DNA from: a virus
Taxonomy: Duplodnaviria; Caudoviricetes
Length of the DNA: 53,022 bases
Direction: 5' to 3' (one strand)
Virus record (IMG/VR): IMGVR_UViG_3300020452_000997
Span: 1 to 53,022 of that record
Position 1 is the first letter of the stretch; each line of letters begins with the position of its first letter. The notes beneath the pieces were generated by a model, which worked only from the letters and a program-made list of their open reading frames with translations, ran no database searches and was not told the origin of the DNA. Of the stretch, positions 17,660 through 27,758 are shown one piece after another. The translations under genes and the position numbers were made by a program.

Positions 17660-18393
17660 ACAGAGTAATAGCCAAATTGCTTTAAATTCCAGTAGAAAAC
17701 AGCTTCGTTGCCACCAGAGAGAACAACACTTGAGGTTGTCTGGGCAACAGAAAGAACCTGCCCTGCGTTTGATGGTGTGTTTACCGTTCCCACAGAAAAT
17801 GTAAGATTGCCATCCCCCGCTGTAATAGCTCCAATACCAGCTAAGGTTCCGTCAAGAATTATCAAGGTATCAACAGCAGCATAATCATAGCCTGCACTAT
17901 TAATAGTCAAGGCGTAGTCGCCACTGGCAGCCCCACTGTTTGTGATCGTGAGATCAACCGTCAAGCCAACGCCGCTGCCGCTTGTTGTATCGATCGGAAT
18001 ATTTGTATAGGTACCATTTACGCCTGCCGAAGGAACTGATCCATTCGCTCCAAGAGTTAAAGCGTTTCCAGTGCTCCAGACGAGTGCTGCGTGAGAGAAG
18101 TCAATCGATGTAGCTCCTCCGTCATGAGGGAAAACAGTTGCCTTGGTAGTAAGAGCTACGCCATCGTCTGTATAGGTTGTCACGTCTGCAGAAACATAGC
18201 TAATAACCTTACGCTGATAGCCGCCTGTCCCTAAAGGAACCTCGAAGCCAAGGAAAGTGGTGTCGTTCGTAATGCCAGGTTGGTAGGAAGTGCCAGTCGC
18301 GCTAATCAAGCGAGCCTCAAAGGAATTGCCCACAAACCTATTTGTAACCTGAGCTGTTAACTCAGAACTAGATATTTTAGCAGCAATCGCCAT
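17656..18393 (-). CDS. Tail/baseplate structural protein
   Basis: FEV..GTGGYQR motif; Gly/Thr-rich beta insert; late motif at 18414-18423. Confidence 0.7.
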   Translation of the reverse strand: MAIAAKISSSELTAQVTNRFVGNSFEARLISATGTSYQPGITNDTTFLGFEVPLGTGGYQRKVISYVSADVTTYTDDGVALTTKATVFPHDGGATSIDFSHAALVWSTGNALTLGANGSVPSAGVNGTYTNIPIDTTSGSGVGLTVDLTITNSGAASGDYALTINSAGYDYAAVDTLIILDGTLAGIGAITAGDGNLTFSVGTVNTPSNAGQVLSVAQTTSSVVLSGGNEAVFYWNLKQFGYYSV

Positions 18394-18425
18394 GTGAACT
18401 TAGTCGAATCGACGTAGTCTTCCTA

Positions 18426-20684
18426 TCAAGAGAACAAGTCGGCATCTACAACAGTTGCGCCTACGACCACAAGTGATCCAGCCAGGCTTAAAGGAATACT
18501 TCCTCCAGACGTGGTAGCCAGGAGTTCTCCAGGGCCAACGATCAGCCCTTCAGTAAAAACCGTGAGGGTTTGATATGCTTGAAGCGTGAGAGCCGAAGGC
18601 GGCGGCGGTAGAACTCCATCGTTGCCATAGTTGATCATTCCCAGGCTAGTGCTCAAAAATACATCGACATTCCAGACGAAGGAGCCGCTGTCTACGCTGG
18701 TCTCACCAGAAATGGAGGGAGGCACTACCGGGGTAGGGGGTACAGTACCAGAACCCATGTCGGGTCTTGAGTTTCCGAGCACGTTAGAAGGAACAGTTAC
18801 AGTTCCGTTAGAGAATCCAATCCACACTCCGTTGGTAACAAACGCTGACTCGGTACGGCTAACGCCCCAGCTTGTCGCATCCATTCTCAATGCAATCACC
18901 TTACTCTTTTTGGGGTCGTTGTATCTGAAAGGCATGCCAGGGAACCAGCCTGTAGCTACTTCCGTTCTCATTGCCTCTGCGACCTGGATTCCAAATACAT
19001 CGCCTTTAGCGAATCTAGTGATATAGTTTGCGTAAGACGTCACAGCTGCGTCTATATCAGCACGATTGGTAAAAAGAAGTGGAACGGGAATCTGCTCTTC
19101 CAGTATGTAAGGGCCAACTTCCTCTGGTAAGCTTGTATACCGTCCAGTAAATAGGGAAAGCTTTTGTTTTTCTTCTTTAGTATCGGTAGTTGATGAATTA
19201 ACAATATCGGGTGTAATGTCTACAGTAGTGTTAGAAGATGACCGTCTAATAGTTACAGTTTTTATCCCGCTCAAGGCATCAAGCCGCCCACCGATACCGA
19301 CACCCCTATTCGAAATACTGTTGTAGTTCGTAGTTTTTTGCACATTGGCATTTCCTTCCTGATAATACTCATTATCAGCTCTGCTAGACCTGTACATAGA
19401 GGTTGTAGAGAGAGTCTGATTGAAGTCTTGAGGCACTCCATTTACGATACCGGAGCGCCAATCACTGGGTTGAGCTGCGGCCAACGTTGGACTGTAAACA
19501 TCTTGAATCGTTCTGACTAACTCGTTAGCTTCGCCGTAATAATTAATAGTATCACTGTAGCCCAGCAAGACCTCTTGCATTCCATCAAAGTCGCAACTGC
19601 CGTTAGGATTGCACTTTGTTGCCCAAGTATTGCGACAGTAGGCAAATTTATCTGCGTAATACTGGGAATTTGCTTCTACAGCAGGCCCATAGACAGCATT
19701 GTAACGGCGAGAGAGCTGAGCTCCAGGGCCATCGTAGTAAGATATGTTTACTTCACGCCTAAAAGCCGGTAAAAACACTGGTTCTGAGTTTAACTCATAG
19801 CCCTCGTTGCAAGAGGCTGGAGCTTCCGCTCCGTCTGGAGCGCTTGGAGTGTTCCCACAGGGGCTACTGTTAGCTCCAGTTGGCGAAGAACTTGCAGTGC
19901 TCTTAACGTTGCCAAGAGTCCCAGTTGGATTAGTAGGGCTAGCGTCAGAGTTCTTTCTGATAAAAACGGTCGCAGGGTAAGAAGTAAAGTAGTAAGACTC
20001 TGTTTCTACAGTCTCGACAAGCCCTTTATTGTCTCCAGGAATTCCATTAGAGGGGACCTGATAGGAAAGTGCTATTTCATCAGGAATAGCTCCGGCCCCT
20101 TGCAACAGAGAAGCTGAAATGGCAGTCTTGCCGAGAATCGATATCCATTGACCAGCACTTACTGCATCGTAAGAATCACCGTCAAAGAAGGTCCCGATTT
20201 GCAAGACTCCAGCATTGTCTTGATAGACGTATTTACCAACAGAAGCAAAGGAAGCAGAGCAGTTTTGGAAACTGGTTTGAGAGACGTCGAGAGGGATTGG
20301 TAATATTGCTATTAGACTGTCGATTTCTTCGGTCAGGGCCATCATAGTCAGCCTGCAACCAAGTTCTACTACTAGCTGCTCTGCTTCGACGTCATAAGAA
20401 GAACTGACCACATAGAGAAAACCTCTAGGATGACGATAGGAAGCTCCTCCTGGCTCGGTAAGATCTAGGAGTACTTTCACTCCTCTCTTGAAGTTATCCC
20501 TGTCGTAGTCCTCTATCAGTGGGCCTCCTGGGTAGGTCCCAAGCGTCAACGTGCCAGTAGTTTGAATGCAGCCATTCTTGTAAGCGCTTTGGTCGGATAC
20601 AACCCATTCCAGAAAAGCTGAAGTGTAGTCAGTTCCGCCAATCGTTAAAGAGGATACTCTGGTTTTATTTGCTAAATAAGACAT
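18426..20684 (-). CDS. Tail tip/hub protein
   Basis: 752 aa, downstream of the tape measure and Dit-like genes; SLTIGGTDYT N-terminus. Confidence 0.65.
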   Translation of the reverse strand: MSYLANKTRVSSLTIGGTDYTSAFLEWVVSDQSAYKNGCIQTTGTLTLGTYPGGPLIEDYDRDNFKRGVKVLLDLTEPGGASYRHPRGFLYVVSSSYDVEAEQLVVELGCRLTMMALTEEIDSLIAILPIPLDVSQTSFQNCSASFASVGKYVYQDNAGVLQIGTFFDGDSYDAVSAGQWISILGKTAISASLLQGAGAIPDEIALSYQVPSNGIPGDNKGLVETVETESYYFTSYPATVFIRKNSDASPTNPTGTLGNVKSTASSSPTGANSSPCGNTPSAPDGAEAPASCNEGYELNSEPVFLPAFRREVNISYYDGPGAQLSRRYNAVYGPAVEANSQYYADKFAYCRNTWATKCNPNGSCDFDGMQEVLLGYSDTINYYGEANELVRTIQDVYSPTLAAAQPSDWRSGIVNGVPQDFNQTLSTTSMYRSSRADNEYYQEGNANVQKTTNYNSISNRGVGIGGRLDALSGIKTVTIRRSSSNTTVDITPDIVNSSTTDTKEEKQKLSLFTGRYTSLPEEVGPYILEEQIPVPLLFTNRADIDAAVTSYANYITRFAKGDVFGIQVAEAMRTEVATGWFPGMPFRYNDPKKSKVIALRMDATSWGVSRTESAFVTNGVWIGFSNGTVTVPSNVLGNSRPDMGSGTVPPTPVVPPSISGETSVDSGSFVWNVDVFLSTSLGMINYGNDGVLPPPPSALTLQAYQTLTVFTEGLIVGPGELLATTSGGSIPLSLAGSLVVVGATVVDADLFS

Positions 20685-20685
20685 A

Positions 20686-21087
20686 TTAGATTTGCGTCAA
20701 ACCGAAAGCGACCATCGTAAACTTTGGTCCCATGCGAACATACGTGGGAGGAGTAGAGAAGACAGCGTCAGAAGTAATTGTAGGCCCGAAAGTTTCATCA
20801 ACGACCCCGCAAGCAACAGGAAGACCATTGGACCTGTCCAAGTCCCAAGCTTTAAACATCGTATCCAACTCAAGAGCGGTTGTGTAAGGCACGAGAGAGG
20901 ATAACACCCAAATATACTTCTGACGATAGGCAGGCCCGTCTAGGATTGTTGTTCCATTAGCTGACTGAGAGAATGAAGCTTCTAGTTGATAACTTCGAGG
21001 TAGAGCATTATCTCCAAAATTGTCGAATACTATACTATAAACAGGAGACCCTGTTGATGGCGTAAACGATACTCCGATTTGCGACAT
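20686..21087 (-). CDS. Distal tail (Dit-like) protein
   Basis: 133 aa with SANGT..LDGP.Y.QKYIW; position downstream of the tape measure gene. Confidence 0.6.
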   Translation of the reverse strand: MSQIGVSFTPSTGSPVYSIVFDNFGDNALPRSYQLEASFSQSANGTTILDGPAYRQKYIWVLSSLVPYTTALELDTMFKAWDLDRSNGLPVACGVVDETFGPTITSDAVFSTPPTYVRMGPKFTMVAFGLTQI

Positions 21088-21119
21088 CTGATGGACCTAT
21101 CTCGGCTAGTTTTCCGAAG

Positions 21120-21461
21120 TCAAAGATCAGCAAGTTTGCTGTATTTTTTAACGCTATCTGGATCCGAGCCAGTCGCGGGAAAATGTCGGTTAGACTGTAC
21201 TGCCTCCCTGAAGTCTTGAGAGATACCTGCGAGAAGATAGAACACATTATCGTAGTGTGATACGAGTATATCTACCACGTCTTCATCCGCACCGTCCTCC
21301 AGGCTATTTCCGATAGCAATGTGCAGGTAAGCGAGTGCATTTCGCAACTCTTCCTCTTCAAGCTCGTCATAAGGAACAGTAGGAATTTCCGGCCCACTCT
21401 CTCTTAGAGCCTCATCCAAAAAAAGCTTAGCCGTATCTTCAGGATTGCCAAAGTTAAACAT
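21120..21461 (-). CDS. Acidic hypothetical protein
   Basis: 113 aa, D/E-rich. Confidence 0.65.
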   Translation of the reverse strand: MFNFGNPEDTAKLFLDEALRESGPEIPTVPYDELEEEELRNALAYLHIAIGNSLEDGADEDVVDILVSHYDNVFYLLAGISQDFREAVQSNRHFPATGSDPDSVKKYSKLADL

Positions 21462-21479
21462 CGAGCTATTTACTTACGA

Positions 21480-24320
21480 TTAATTATACCGAAGCCTCTT
21501 TATCTTGGCCAGTTGCACCATTATGTCACTAGCTGTCTGTGTGGTGTTATCGGCCTGGATTGTGACATTGTTGGTTACGTTGTCACCTGACACGCTATTC
21601 AGGATGGCGCTAGCAAGCTTGTTGAAGTTCATTCCGCCAGCCGCAGAAGAAGTAGAGTTGACCGCCGCTCTGTTTACATTCACCCCACCTGAGGGAACGT
21701 TGAGCTGTTTTGTAAGGTGTGCAGGAATGACCGTGCCCTTTGAGGGGGCTTTCCATTTTCCGAAGGATGGAGCGTTAATCATACTCAACCGACCAGAAGC
21801 GGACAGGAAGGCTTCCTTACCAAGTTCGTTGACGGTATAATTGCCACCGCCTGAGACAGGTCCCCCAGCAAAACGGAATCTTTCGGAACCGGGTCCAAAC
21901 AAAGGATCAAAAAAACCTCTTCTTGGTCTGTTGTCAACGCCAGAAGTGTTAGCACCAGCATTGTTATCAGCTCTTGCTTGATTATTTGCCGCAATAGCAG
22001 CTTTCCTGGCTGCAGTTTCTAAGTTTTGGTATTTAGTGATCAGATTATTAACAGACCCTATCTGCGTCCTGAGAGCTGCATCACCTTCGTAGACTGCCCT
22101 GGTTACGCCATTAGCACTATCGATTGTCTCTTTGATCTCTTCATTGATCTCTTTCTGAAGCCTTTTGCTTTTTTTTAGTCCTTCTTCTTCTTTTTTCTTC
22201 TGACTCTCCAGCAACCTAATTTTTTCCTCGTACTTTTTCGTAATGGTATCTAAGTCAGCTTTTTCTTCACCTAACAAGTTTTGCTTTTGAATGTCAAGGC
22301 TTTCCTCCTCCCGTTTCTGCTCTAAGCGAAGCTTTTCGATCTTCTCGATCCTTTCCATCCTTTCTAGCCGAGCTTCCGCTTGAAGCTGTGCTTCCCTGTC
22401 TAGGCTTCTGCTTGCGATCTTGTTCTTAAGTTCGTTCTTCTGAAAATTATAAAGAGCTTGTTCTGCTCTGCCTTTTTTCTGAAGATCTCCAATTTCTAGA
22501 TCATAACGCTCTCTGACCTTAGCAAGGATGGCATCAAGATCACTTTTTTCTTGAGAATAGCGATCTTTTAGGGCAGTTTTGGCTTTTTGGTAAGAATCGT
22601 TTTCTATCTGAATGGCTTCCGACTTCTTGTCGATAATCTCTTGGATGTCATTCTGCTCATCTTTATACCTTTTGTCAGAAGCTCTCTTTTGAGCTTTTAA
22701 CGCATCGACTCCAAGCTCCATAGCAGTTTTAGCATTATCAGCTTCTTCCCTTATTTTTTCAAAATTTTCAATAAGTTTTTGGTTTCCTCCCATCCTGAGT
22801 TGTTTTTTAACGCTGTCAGTGAGAGAACCAACAGAAGCCGCAGCTTTATTTGAAGTCTCGTCAACGTCCTCTAGATCTTCGTTAAGACCTTTCGATTGGT
22901 TGGCTAAGAAGAGAGCTGCACCCGCAGCGGCTGCTGTAGCAAGAGCAATTGCAGCGTAACCACCGGTAAGACCCGCCAGGAAAGTGGTAACAACAGAAAG
23001 AATTTTTTTAGCCGCAATCCATGCCTTAACTGCTATTATAATTTTTTTAATACCTGTTGCGATTGCACCTAAGTTCATGAGAACCATTGCAGCCGTAAAC
23101 GTAGCTAAGCCTGCAACCAAAGAGGCTAAAGCAATAGTTACAGCCTGTATATTGTCTGATATGCTCATAAGGAAATCAGAAAATAATTTCATGCTTCCGC
23201 TAATCAAGCCGCCAAATGCTTTGTCAGTTTGGTTTAGAGCGTTAACTGCTTCTAACGCAAGCTTCTGAAAAGATGCTTCGATTTTAGCAAAACGGCCTTG
23301 AAAAGTTTCCTGCATCCTGACTGCGATTTTCTGATAATCAGAACCCTCCTTTGTCATATTGGCAAACGCCGCAGCCACTTCAACTCCAGTGATCCTGCCT
23401 TCTGTAGCCATCTGTTTTAGGGCTGACGTGCTTTCTCCTGTGACAATAGAAAGCTGTTGCCAAATAGGAACACCCTGGATAGCAAATTGCGTCAAGTCAC
23501 GAGTGTAGGCACGGCCTTGAGCGGAAATCTGACCCAGGTTTCTGGCCATCAAATTAATGTCCCCACCAGTTGCGGCAGCGACAATGCCAAGCTGTTCTGT
23601 CGCTTTAATCGATTTGTCGGTATCAACGCCAAAAGCCATCATAATCTTGGCAGCGCTAGCAACTTGCTCCAAGTTAAAAGGACTGTTTCCCGCAATTCTT
23701 ACGAACTCGTCAAAAGCTGCTGAAGCCTCTGCAGCTCCGCCAGTGAATCCCTCAAGCTGTAGCTGAAGGGTTTCCATTCTCATTGCGGTATTAGCAAGAT
23801 CGCCAATAGCGGCAATCATTTTAAAAACACCAGTAGTTGCTAAGTTGGCCGCTGTTTGTAATCCAATAAACTTAGCACCAATCGATTCTAAGAAGTTGCC
23901 TTGCTGCCCAAAACGCTTCATCTCTTTGTTAATCAGTTTTACTCTTTCGTTTAAGGTCTTCCATTCTTTAGTAACCTCATTAGTGCCGTCTTTAAATTTC
24001 TTAGTATCTCCTATCAGACCCTTTATTGCTGCCTGTTGCTTTTTAAGCTGATTAGGGGTCTTACCTAGCTGGCCATTGACGGCTTTATGTATCGTCTCAA
24101 GCCTTTTTGACTCTTGACCTACTTTTTGAATCTGTTTAGCGACAAGTTCGCCATTTTTGAATTCTACTTTAACTGCTGTCTCGAACTTTTGATTAAAAGC
24201 CTTATTCAGTTTGTTTTTAGCCCTGGTCGCCCCCGAATCAACAGTATCAAAGAACCTGTTTATAGAATCGACAGCATTAGAGTTGTCAACATTAACATTA
24301 AAGGTTAGGTTCTCTGCCAC
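21480..24320 (-). CDS. Tail tape measure protein
   Basis: 946 aa; tape-measure domain (A..SPF.L..V...GQI.AQG.....DL.Q....GVP); hydrophobic segment, long coiled coil, FAGGPV..G..Y.VNE.G.E motif. Confidence 0.9.
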   Translation of the reverse strand: MAENLTFNVNVDNSNAVDSINRFFDTVDSGATRAKNKLNKAFNQKFETAVKVEFKNGELVAKQIQKVGQESKRLETIHKAVNGQLGKTPNQLKKQQAAIKGLIGDTKKFKDGTNEVTKEWKTLNERVKLINKEMKRFGQQGNFLESIGAKFIGLQTAANLATTGVFKMIAAIGDLANTAMRMETLQLQLEGFTGGAAEASAAFDEFVRIAGNSPFNLEQVASAAKIMMAFGVDTDKSIKATEQLGIVAAATGGDINLMARNLGQISAQGRAYTRDLTQFAIQGVPIWQQLSIVTGESTSALKQMATEGRITGVEVAAAFANMTKEGSDYQKIAVRMQETFQGRFAKIEASFQKLALEAVNALNQTDKAFGGLISGSMKLFSDFLMSISDNIQAVTIALASLVAGLATFTAAMVLMNLGAIATGIKKIIIAVKAWIAAKKILSVVTTFLAGLTGGYAAIALATAAAAGAALFLANQSKGLNEDLEDVDETSNKAAASVGSLTDSVKKQLRMGGNQKLIENFEKIREEADNAKTAMELGVDALKAQKRASDKRYKDEQNDIQEIIDKKSEAIQIENDSYQKAKTALKDRYSQEKSDLDAILAKVRERYDLEIGDLQKKGRAEQALYNFQKNELKNKIASRSLDREAQLQAEARLERMERIEKIEKLRLEQKREEESLDIQKQNLLGEEKADLDTITKKYEEKIRLLESQKKKEEEGLKKSKRLQKEINEEIKETIDSANGVTRAVYEGDAALRTQIGSVNNLITKYQNLETAARKAAIAANNQARADNNAGANTSGVDNRPRRGFFDPLFGPGSERFRFAGGPVSGGGNYTVNELGKEAFLSASGRLSMINAPSFGKWKAPSKGTVIPAHLTKQLNVPSGGVNVNRAAVNSTSSAAGGMNFNKLASAILNSVSGDNVTNNVTIQADNTTQTASDIMVQLAKIKRLRYN

Positions 24321-24351
24321 GTCAAATCCAAATCTGGTCTAGGTTTCCATT

Positions 24352-24375
24352 AAAAAAAGGCCCCGTGAAGGGCCT
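24352..24375 (-). terminator. Terminator after the tail tube gene
   Basis: AGGCCC-TTCAC-GGGGCCT hairpin plus T-run on the minus strand. Confidence 0.7.
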
Positions 24376-24393
24376 GTATTTATAATGAGTAAA

Positions 24394-24987
24394 TCAATTT
24401 GGATCAAGATCAAGCTTGTAAGAACCATACCCACCAACGGTGCATTCCCAGGAAACAATTGAAGTCACTTCATTGCTTTCGGTATAACCCATTAAGGTTC
24501 CATAACCATAGACGGCTTCAACAGTTCCAGTAGGTCCAACACGGACCAACTTCACTCTAAGGCTATCGGCAACAGTATTCGCTTCAGCAAGCCTAAGGAT
24601 TTGATAGCCAGTATCTCTGAAGTCGGCAATACCGGAAAGCGTAATGCTGAAACTCTTAGTAGTAGCTACGGCCTGGTTGAAGCCCTTGGTTGAGTTGTCG
24701 TAGGTATAGATGTCTTCAGCACCAGTGTCAGTCTCAAGAGAGGCGGCAGTCAAGCCAGCTAACCTGACAGGATTATCGGTTCCATCCATCGCATATGTAA
24801 CGCCACCAACAGTAAACACGCCAGCAGAATAGCTTACTGCTCCAGAAGCAAGTGTGGAGATGTCAATGAAGCCACCTGGAGCTGTGCCGGTAGCAGCGGT
24901 TACACTGGTGAACGCTACATCAACAGAAGTGGAAGCCAGAGGTAAAATGTAAAAGTCGTACCCGAAGGCCGCAGAGAAATTTGCCAT
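24394..24987 (-). CDS. Major tail tube protein
   Basis: 197 aa; GLT.ASL.......TYD...GF...VAT.KS.SI.LSG...D.GYQ.L pattern; has its own promoter motif and terminator. Confidence 0.8.
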   Translation of the reverse strand: MANFSAAFGYDFYILPLASTSVDVAFTSVTAATGTAPGGFIDISTLASGAVSYSAGVFTVGGVTYAMDGTDNPVRLAGLTAASLETDTGAEDIYTYDNSTKGFNQAVATTKSFSITLSGIADFRDTGYQILRLAEANTVADSLRVKLVRVGPTGTVEAVYGYGTLMGYTESNEVTSIVSWECTVGGYGSYKLDLDPN

Positions 24988-25065
24988 GTATGGAAACGGG
25001 CGTGACCCGCATGAAGGTACCTCGGACCTTCGAGGCCCGTTATATTATATTTCCAATAAGTTGTT

Positions 25066-25503
25066 TTACACAGGTCTGATTGGCATATTTGACTTAATAA
25101 ATATTTTAGATTGAACCAAAGCTCCCAATCCGTCAGTAGTTGCCACTGTCTGCACCGCCTGTGCTCCTACGAATCGCTTCAAGAGATAATCGACAGCAGA
25201 TTGCATGTCACTACCTTTGGAAGGCTCCCAAGCCACCAGGAAAACGCTCCAGGTTGTGACGATATAGGGATCATCCGTTAGATAATCCTGAGAGACCGCG
25301 TCTCCGGCGTCTTGAACTATGCATTCAACTCCCTGCACGTTTCTAATAGATGGCATGTCCTGGCCAGCGCTTACAATAGAAAGGGCAGTTACCGCTCCAC
25401 TGCTGCTTCTAAAGTTATAAGTACCCAGAAGGTTTGTAAAGGTTACGTCTGCTGATATGGTTTCATAAATGACCTGAGCTGAAGTAGGAAATAGTTGCGT
25501 CAT
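25066..25503 (-). CDS. Tail terminator/completion protein
   Basis: 145 aa immediately upstream of the tail tube gene. Confidence 0.6.
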   Translation of the reverse strand: MTQLFPTSAQVIYETISADVTFTNLLGTYNFRSSSGAVTALSIVSAGQDMPSIRNVQGVECIVQDAGDAVSQDYLTDDPYIVTTWSVFLVAWEPSKGSDMQSAVDYLLKRFVGAQAVQTVATTDGLGALVQSKIFIKSNMPIRPV

Positions 25504-25631
25504 GAGTCTTGCAGCCTTCGTTTTTAGTATTCCGCTACGGTAGCCTTAAGCATCAGACATACCACAGGAGGCATTATGCACCCGAAGTTTAGAGGTTTTT
25601 CTCTTTTTGGTATTGTTTTGAATAAAATTTG

Positions 25632-26081
25632 ATGCTTGTCTCGCGGGACTCTGGTCCAGTTTACGAAAGAATTTCAGATTATTTGTTCAACATGTCTGCC
25701 CTAAATCGTAGAGAAGCTCGTCAGCAATGGCGAGACGCTATTAAATCTTCCTGGAACAATCGTTGTGCTTACTGTGGTCGTCCACCCATTGATGATAACA
25801 GTCTAACAATGGATCATGTAAGGCCAAAGTCTGCTGGCGGAGAAGACCGCACAAGCAACTGCATACCAGCCTGCCAGGAATGTAATCAGAAAAAATCAAG
25901 CCAGGAGTGGGTGTTTTGGTTCAGGATGCAACCCTTTTACACTATCGAGGCAGAGTGGCGCATCCGTCAATGGCTCTCTCGGGGGCTTTCTGATTTTGGC
26001 GCGTATGACGAAGAAGACGCTAAAGTACTGGATGACTACATTAATTCCATAGGCATCGAATGGCCTATGGGAAAAGAGTAA
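25632..26081 (+). CDS. HNH endonuclease
   Basis: CAYCG...LTMDHVRPKSAGG...NCIPACQECNQKK; opposite strand within the tail operon. Start codon uncertain. Confidence 0.9.
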   Translation: MLVSRDSGPVYERISDYLFNMSALNRREARQQWRDAIKSSWNNRCAYCGRPPIDDNSLTMDHVRPKSAGGEDRTSNCIPACQECNQKKSSQEWVFWFRMQPFYTIEAEWRIRQWLSRGLSDFGAYDEEDAKVLDDYINSIGIEWPMGKE

Positions 26082-26640
26082 CGCCTTCTTCTGCGATTAC
26101 TTTTGTGACTACTGGAGGCATTGTCAAGATAACAGTACTTCCGTCTGGGTGTTTAAATTCAACAAGTTGATTGCTGGCGGCTTCTCTTGCTATAAGCATA
26201 CCCCTGTACCCCCCTTCAATCTTGCTTGGATGAAGTAGAATGGCATCAGGAGAAACCAAAGCCGTAACAAAAGGCTTGTAGGACTCGTCAGCGATGGCCA
26301 AAAGTTCCTTGAAACAGAACAAAGCCCAAGAAGGGAAAGTTCCATTCTCGACCATCGCGATCGCTGCTGAGCCGTACACAGAGGAGGGAGCATCGCTTCT
26401 TTCTGCTGGTTTGTACAGGCAGAAGTCTTTAGCACTGTAAGGCTCAATTTTTCTTTTCTTGTCCCTATTCTGGTTGGCAATGATAGCCGACTGTTGAGCG
26501 ATAGGCAGTTCGTTCTGGTACAACGTCTCCTGGCGAGCTTTAGAGCCTATGGAAATAGCCTGCAAAACATAGCCATAAGAAAGATCCCCGTAGCGACCTA
26601 CAGTAAAATCGGGATCTCCAGGGAAGAACTCTTTGAGCAT
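26065..26640 (-). CDS. Tail assembly chaperone, gpT-like part (reached by -1 frameshift)
   Basis: The -1 frame is open from the GGGAAAG at the end of the upstream gene into this ORF. Confidence 0.7.
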   Translation of the reverse strand: MLKEFFPGDPDFTVGRYGDLSYGYVLQAISIGSKARQETLYQNELPIAQQSAIIANQNRDKKRKIEPYSAKDFCLYKPAERSDAPSSVYGSAAIAMVENGTFPSWALFCFKELLAIADESYKPFVTALVSPDAILLHPSKIEGGYRGMLIAREAASNQLVEFKHPDGSTVILTMPPVVTKVIAEEGVTLFP

Positions 26641-26681
26641 CCAAAAAAAGCGCTCAAACGGAATAGTTTTCTCCCCTAATT

Positions 26682-27209
26682 CTACTTTCCCCCAGGAGCA
26701 TCGTCCTCCTTTTCCTTCTCAAATGCCTCTAAGGAACGAGCGTCTTCTTCTGTAAACAACTCGTACAAACCATCCAGGATGTCAGGATGCAAATCCATCG
26801 TCTGTTCAATACCCCAGCTTTCGGAAATTCTAAACAAGATCAAACAAGTAACGGCGATAATTTTGCGGCGGTTCTCAAATGTAGACATTGTTGAGATCAC
26901 TTCACTAATCTCCTCTTCGTGCCCTACTAGGCGCTTATCCTGAAAATCTCCACTTGACAGAAGTTCGACGACCTCTTGCATCTGAATGCCTTGCTCTTTC
27001 GAAACCTTTAAGGCTAGACGCTGCAGGATGACCATCGATTGATCGCCACTCATTGCTTGCTGCATGAAAGTCTTCTCTGAGACAGTAAGATACCCCAAGC
27101 GCTTGATTTCAAACTTACCCGATTCCTCGGAACCGATCATCTCAACAATGGGCTCTCTCCTTGGAGCCACAACGAAAGGAAGTATGATTTTTTTCTTGGC
27201 CATTGCCAT
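26682..27209 (-). CDS. Tail assembly chaperone, gpG-like
   Basis: Acidic helical protein ending ...PGGK*, encoded by GGG GGA AAG TAG. Confidence 0.7.
   Translation of the reverse strand: MAMAKKKIILPFVVAPRREPIVEMIGSEESGKFEIKRLGYLTVSEKTFMQQAMSGDQSMVILQRLALKVSKEQGIQMQEVVELLSSGDFQDKRLVGHEEEISEVISTMSTFENRRKIIAVTCLILFRISESWGIEQTMDLHPDILDGLYELFTEEDARSLEAFEKEKEDDAPGGK
26685..26691 (-). other. -1 programmed frameshift site GGGAAAG
   Basis: Same heptamer as the lambda G/GT slippery site; the -1 frame reads GKVELGEKTIPFERFFW-MLKE with no stop. Confidence 0.8.
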
Positions 27210-27233
27210 GTTTTAGCTGACGTATAGTACCGA

Positions 27234-27758
27234 TCAGCCAAACTTCTTTGACCATACCTCGTTAAATCCTTGGTTCATTGGCTTTGACATGTTGAACTTA
27301 GTGACCCCACTATGACCTCTTAGGGTCGCATCGATCCATGGTCGTGCTGGAATTAGTACAGAATTGGCATTCCTATTGCCATAAGGCTGTACAACTCCAC
27401 CGTAATGAACAAGAGCGGCATAAGGAGACTTGTATTTGATCTGAAGAATCGTCTTCGTCTTGAGATACTTCTCTGCTATAGTCAAAGACTTCTTAAGGGA
27501 ACCAGTATCGACAATATTTCTTGGGGTGTTAACTGTTTGACCGTTTTCCCTAAGAGTCATGCCATTCCAATTCCAAATAGAAGAGTCCATGGTCTTGTCA
27601 AGCGCTAACTTCAAGTCTCTCTGAACATAGGCAGTTGCTTTTACTGTGCCAGAGACAATGGCTGATCTCATCGCCCTTTTCATTTTAGGCGTATTGTCCT
27701 TCATTTCGATCTTGGGAGGTAAGATCTCTAGTTTGGTTGAGAAAGAAAAGTCTGACAT
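27234..27758 (-). CDS. Neck/tail completion protein (HK97 gp10-like)
   Basis: PRNIVDTGSLKKS...YAALVHYG...PARPW motifs. Confidence 0.8.
   Translation of the reverse strand: MSDFSFSTKLEILPPKIEMKDNTPKMKRAMRSAIVSGTVKATAYVQRDLKLALDKTMDSSIWNWNGMTLRENGQTVNTPRNIVDTGSLKKSLTIAEKYLKTKTILQIKYKSPYAALVHYGGVVQPYGNRNANSVLIPARPWIDATLRGHSGVTKFNMSKPMNQGFNEVWSKKFG

Noticed and set aside
116-24308. Many plus-strand ORFs in the track (for example 1532..1963, 13315..13908, 18631..19026)
   Set aside because: They are antisense shadows of long minus-strand structural genes, with no recognisable motifs or start signals.
24996-25010. Hairpin in the tail tube 5' UTR as another GNGAY operator
   Set aside because: The loop reads UCACG on the mRNA strand, the reverse orientation, so it was not counted.
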